DNA of 9,297 nucleotides from a virus (Duplodnaviria; Heunggongvirae; Uroviricota; Caudoviricetes): IMG/VR virus record IMGVR_UViG_2740892369_000003; one strand, 5' to 3'. Shown piece by piece: positions 6,756 to 9,297 of this stretch (position 1 is its first letter; each line of letters starts with the position of its first letter). The notes under the pieces were generated by a model. It saw only the letters and a program-made list of their open reading frames with translations, ran no database searches and was not told where the DNA came from. The position numbers and the translations under genes were made by a program.

Positions 6756-6955
6756 ATAAATTACTCTCTTACTGTAGGGGTAAGAGGATTTTACTATTTT
6801 TCTCGCTGTAGGGGTACACGAGAACCACCGAGCCTGATGTGGTTAAAAGACAGGCACAATCTTTACTACCGCAAGCCACGCAGTGAAATGGGTGTGACTT
6901 GTGTTGGTCGCCAGAAAATGAAATTAGACAGCAAACCACTTATTTGAGGTGAGAT

Positions 6956-7426
6956 ATGACAAAATCATGGAGCGTACCTTTTCCTGAATCAGAAACTGAA
7001 CATGATGGAATGCCTGTTTTCTGGAGATTCCAGGCGACAGTTGAAGAAGATGGAATCAAAATATTCGCACTTCAATATATAGCTTTTCATCAGACAGAGC
7101 ATTATGCATGGTTGGTTCCTGCGCATTGGATTGTTAATTTTAAACCAGCACCAAATCAGTGGTTACAGGAATGGAAACAAAAGAGAAATAGATATGCAAT
7201 TAAGAAAGTAGCAAAAAATGCAGAAAGATCTTTTGCATTCCCAACGAAGAAACTTGCTATTGAAAGTTTATTGCGCCGGAAGAAATACCATTTAATGAGA
7301 ATAAAACAAGATTTGGCTGTTGTATCAACTCTTGTTGATGGGATGAAAAATATTGATACATCAACACCAGATATTGAATATAACTTTGGACACAACCAAG
7401 AAACAGAAAATTGGGTATTTTATTAG
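6956..7426 (+). CDS. Hypothetical protein (156 aa, Trp-rich, low GC), divergent from the zinc-ribbon gene
   Basis: ORF track 6956..7426. GAGGTGAG lies 3 nt upstream of the ATG. Strongly AT-rich. No family recognised. Confidence 0.65.
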   Translation: MTKSWSVPFPESETEHDGMPVFWRFQATVEEDGIKIFALQYIAFHQTEHYAWLVPAHWIVNFKPAPNQWLQEWKQKRNRYAIKKVAKNAERSFAFPTKKLAIESLLRRKKYHLMRIKQDLAVVSTLVDGMKNIDTSTPDIEYNFGHNQETENWVFY

Positions 7427-7530
7427 TACGAATAAGCACTGTGTATTCATTCCAACGAGTGAATACACGGAGCAATGTCGCTCGTAACTAAACAGGAGCC
7501 GACTTGTTCTGATTATTGGAAATCTTCTTT

Positions 7531-7557
7531 GCCCTCCAATGTGAGGGCGATTTTTTT
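7531..7557 (+). terminator. Intrinsic terminator inside the PL operon (tL-like)
   Basis: GCCCTC (7531-7536), loop CAATGT, GAGGGC (7543-7548), followed by GATTTTTTT. Confidence 0.7.
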
Positions 7558-7569
7558 GACGGAGGAAAT

Positions 7570-7881
7570 ATGAAATTACGTGTCTGGCATATCCCGCAAG
7601 TACCTATGAAACCGTTCATTGCAGAAGTGGCAAGTGTTGAAGAGGGTGTTCGCCTGATGGGCGCACTGGCTGATTATGACGCCTTTCAGTATGACAACAA
7701 CATCAAGCCTGATTACTGCAATGCTAACGGCCTTGAGATGTGGGATGAGAGCCTTACCGATGAAGATTTATCAGAGGTGGGGCTTACTGATCGCTGGGTG
7801 GATTGGTACAGCGAATGCCAATGTTACGACGACCCACGTAAATATCTCGAAAGCCTGAAAGAAGAAACATCAGCCGCCTAA
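7570..7881 (+). CDS. Highly acidic small protein (103 aa), immediately upstream of cIII
   Basis: ORF track 7516..7881 begins at a TTG inside the terminator. I prefer the ATG at 7570, with GGAGG 4 nt upstream. About 22 Asp/Glu against 9 Lys/Arg. No family recognised. Confidence 0.6.
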   Translation: MKLRVWHIPQVPMKPFIAEVASVEEGVRLMGALADYDAFQYDNNIKPDYCNANGLEMWDESLTDEDLSEVGLTDRWVDWYSECQCYDDPRKYLESLKEETSAA

Positions 7882-7956
7882 GCGCGGCTTTACCGCATAC
7901 CAATAACGCTTCACTCGAGGCGTTTTCGTTATGCAATCAAATATAAGGAGTTACCC

Positions 7957-8091
7957 ATGATGCACTTTCAGCTCGCGGGTAGCGGCGTCATGTCCGCTTT
8001 CTACCCGCACGAATCTGAATTATCACGCCGAGTTAAACAATTAATTAGAGCAGCAAAGAAACAACTGGAGGCGTTATGCGCAATGAAATAG
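7957..8091 (+). CDS. cIII: CIII-like small protein (44 aa)
   Basis: Hand-translated: MMHFQLAGSGVMSAFYPHESELSRRVKQLIRAAKKQLEALCAMK. TAAGGAG lies upstream. It has a central amphipathic-helix pattern (ESxLxRxxKxL) as in lambda and P22 CIII. Position (before kil and erf) fits. Confidence 0.6.
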   Translation: MMHFQLAGSGVMSAFYPHESELSRRVKQLIRAAKKQLEALCAMK

Positions 8092-8228
8092 CCATTAATC
8101 ACCAGATGCTTCGTGCGGCACAAAACAAAGCAGTAATAGCCAGATTTATTGGTGATTCAAAAATGTGGCTTGAAGCAAATAAAGCGATGAAATCAGCTAT
8201 CAACCTTCCGTGGTATCGCAGGAAATGA
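8076..8228 (+). CDS. kil: Kil-like small protein (50 aa)
   Basis: Hand-translated: MRNEIAINHQMLRAAQNKAVIARFIGDSKMWLEANKAMKSAINLPWYRRK. GGAGG lies 5 nt upstream. It overlaps the cIII 3' end. The FIGD-K-M motif matches my recollection of lambda Kil. Assignment is from memory only. Confidence 0.5.
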   Translation: MRNEIAINHQMLRAAQNKAVIARFIGDSKMWLEANKAMKSAINLPWYRRK

Positions 8229-8395
8229 GTTTCACAGATAACTGGTCAGACGAAGAATTCATTCGTCAGATGAAAGAATTAATCGGTAACGAAGGAGATA
8301 TTCATGTCACTTGCAACCACAGTGAAGGAGAGCAAGTTACAGAGACGCATGTACACGCAGCAGGCGTTAATGTATCGCCAGAAGGGAGATCGTGA
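8225..8395 (+). CDS. Small protein (56 aa) in the position of P22 arf
   Basis: ORF track 8210..8395. I prefer the ATG at 8225, which overlaps the kil stop (ATGA). Assignment is by gene order only (kil, arf, erf in P22). No sequence recognition. Confidence 0.35.
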   Translation: MSFTDNWSDEEFIRQMKELIGNEGDIHVTCNHSEGEQVTETHVHAAGVNVSPEGRS

Positions 8396-8484
8396 AGGTG
8401 TTCGCGTATTTTTAAATGCGGCAAAGACTGAAGTATTAAATCAGCGTTATTTCCTTGGGCCATGCCCATTCTGAGAACAAACAT

Positions 8485-9090
8485 ATGAGCAAAGACTTTT
8501 ACGCAAGACTGGCAGCTATTCAGGAGAACTTGAACGCGCCAAAGAATCAGTACAACTCATTCGGTAAATATAAATACAGAAGCTGCGAAGACATTCTTGA
8601 AGGCGTTAAGCCGTTACTGAATGGCCTGTTTTTATCAATCAGCGATGAAGTTGTGTTGATTGGTGATCGGTATTATGTGAAAGCCACGGCAACTATTACC
8701 GATGGCGAAAACAGTCATACGGCAACCGCTCTTGCACGAGAGGAAGAAAGCAAGAAAGGAATGGATTCTGCACAAGTTACGGGAGCTACAAGCTCTTATG
8801 CACGCAAGTATTGCCTCAATGGTTTGTTCGGCATTGATGATGCGAAAGATGCAGATACCGACGAGCATAAACATCAGCAGAACGCAGCAGCAAAGCAGTC
8901 AAAACCATCACCTACACCTGAACAGGTTCTAAAAGCATTCACTGACGCAGCATTGCAGAAAAACACCGTGGAAGAGCTTAAACAGGCGTTCGCCAAAGCG
9001 TGGAAGATGCTCGAAGGCACACCGGAGCAGCACAAAGCGCAGGACGTTTACAACATCAGACGAGACGAATTAGAAGGAGCTGCTGCTTAA
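8485..9090 (+). CDS. erf: Erf-family single-strand annealing recombinase
   Basis: ORF track 8455..9090. I prefer the ATG at 8485 (MSKDFYARLAAIQENLNAPKNQYNSFGKYKYRSCEDILEGVKPLL...). The N-terminal domain is nearly identical to P22 Erf as I recall it. The C-terminal region is more divergent. Confidence 0.9.
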   Translation: MSKDFYARLAAIQENLNAPKNQYNSFGKYKYRSCEDILEGVKPLLNGLFLSISDEVVLIGDRYYVKATATITDGENSHTATALAREEESKKGMDSAQVTGATSSYARKYCLNGLFGIDDAKDADTDEHKHQQNAAAKQSKPSPTPEQVLKAFTDAALQKNTVEELKQAFAKAWKMLEGTPEQHKAQDVYNIRRDELEGAAA

Positions 9091-9239
9091 TGGCACATTC
9101 GATTACTGTAAGACTAAACAAGCCCGCAAGAGAGTTTCAGGCCGGGGAAAATATCGGATTCAACATCCGTGCTGGCGTTCAGTATTACGATCGCCAGACA
9201 AAAAAGAAAGAATGGACAAACTACAGCGCCGTTGTATGA
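9090..9239 (+). CDS. Small hypothetical protein (49 aa) coupled to erf
   Basis: The ATG overlaps the erf stop (TAATG). It lies in the same frame as ORF track 9000..9239. Occupies the position of abc-type genes in P22-like phages, but no family recognised. Confidence 0.4.
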   Translation: MAHSITVRLNKPAREFQAGENIGFNIRAGVQYYDRQTKKKEWTNYSAVV

Positions 9240-9297
9240 GGTGTACTGGCAATAGCGGACACTACCATTTGTTCTTTTTTTAAGCAGCCATCTGATG

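Noticed and set aside
7156-7475. Minus-strand ORFs 7156..7395 and 7257..7475
   Set aside because: Both are antisense within the 156-aa plus-strand gene. Low-complexity AT-rich translation products.
7516-7569. TTG-initiated extension of the acidic protein gene
   Set aside because: The extension would begin inside the intrinsic terminator hairpin. An ATG with GGAGG sits at 7570.
8369-8470. 33-aa ORF between the arf-like gene and erf
   Set aside because: Very short, no clear ribosome-binding site, and it overlaps the arf-like ORF. Insufficient support.
7676-9089. Overlapping ORFs 7676..7858 (+), 8302..8484 (-), 8635..8874 (-), 8702..8932 (+), and the part of 9000..9239 upstream of 9090
   Set aside because: They lie inside, or antisense to, the acidic-protein and erf genes, or are out-of-frame overlaps. 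The supported genes explain the region.

Overview
This window reads as the immunity, early-left and replication region of a P22-like lambdoid prophage, probably from an enterobacterial host. All calls come from reading the sequence and recalling protein families; no database search was run. On the minus strand lie cro, nutR, cII, a small ORF, an O-like initiator carrying ori iterons, a DnaB-type helicase and small nin-type ORFs. On the plus strand lie cI, an AT-rich membrane-protein gene, OL/PL, nutL, N, a low-GC accessory island, then cIII, kil, an arf-like ORF and erf. OR and OL each carry three 14-bp operators of the form ATAAC-N4-GTTAT, and nutL and nutR share an identical boxB hairpin. 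The best candidates for something undescribed are two cargo loci: (1) the low-GC island at 5868-7440 between N and cIII, which includes a coiled-coil/zinc-ribbon gene transcribed against PL, and (2) the 98-aa membrane protein gene co-oriented with cI at 4863-5159. Their function as defence or exclusion genes is inferred from position, orientation and composition only.
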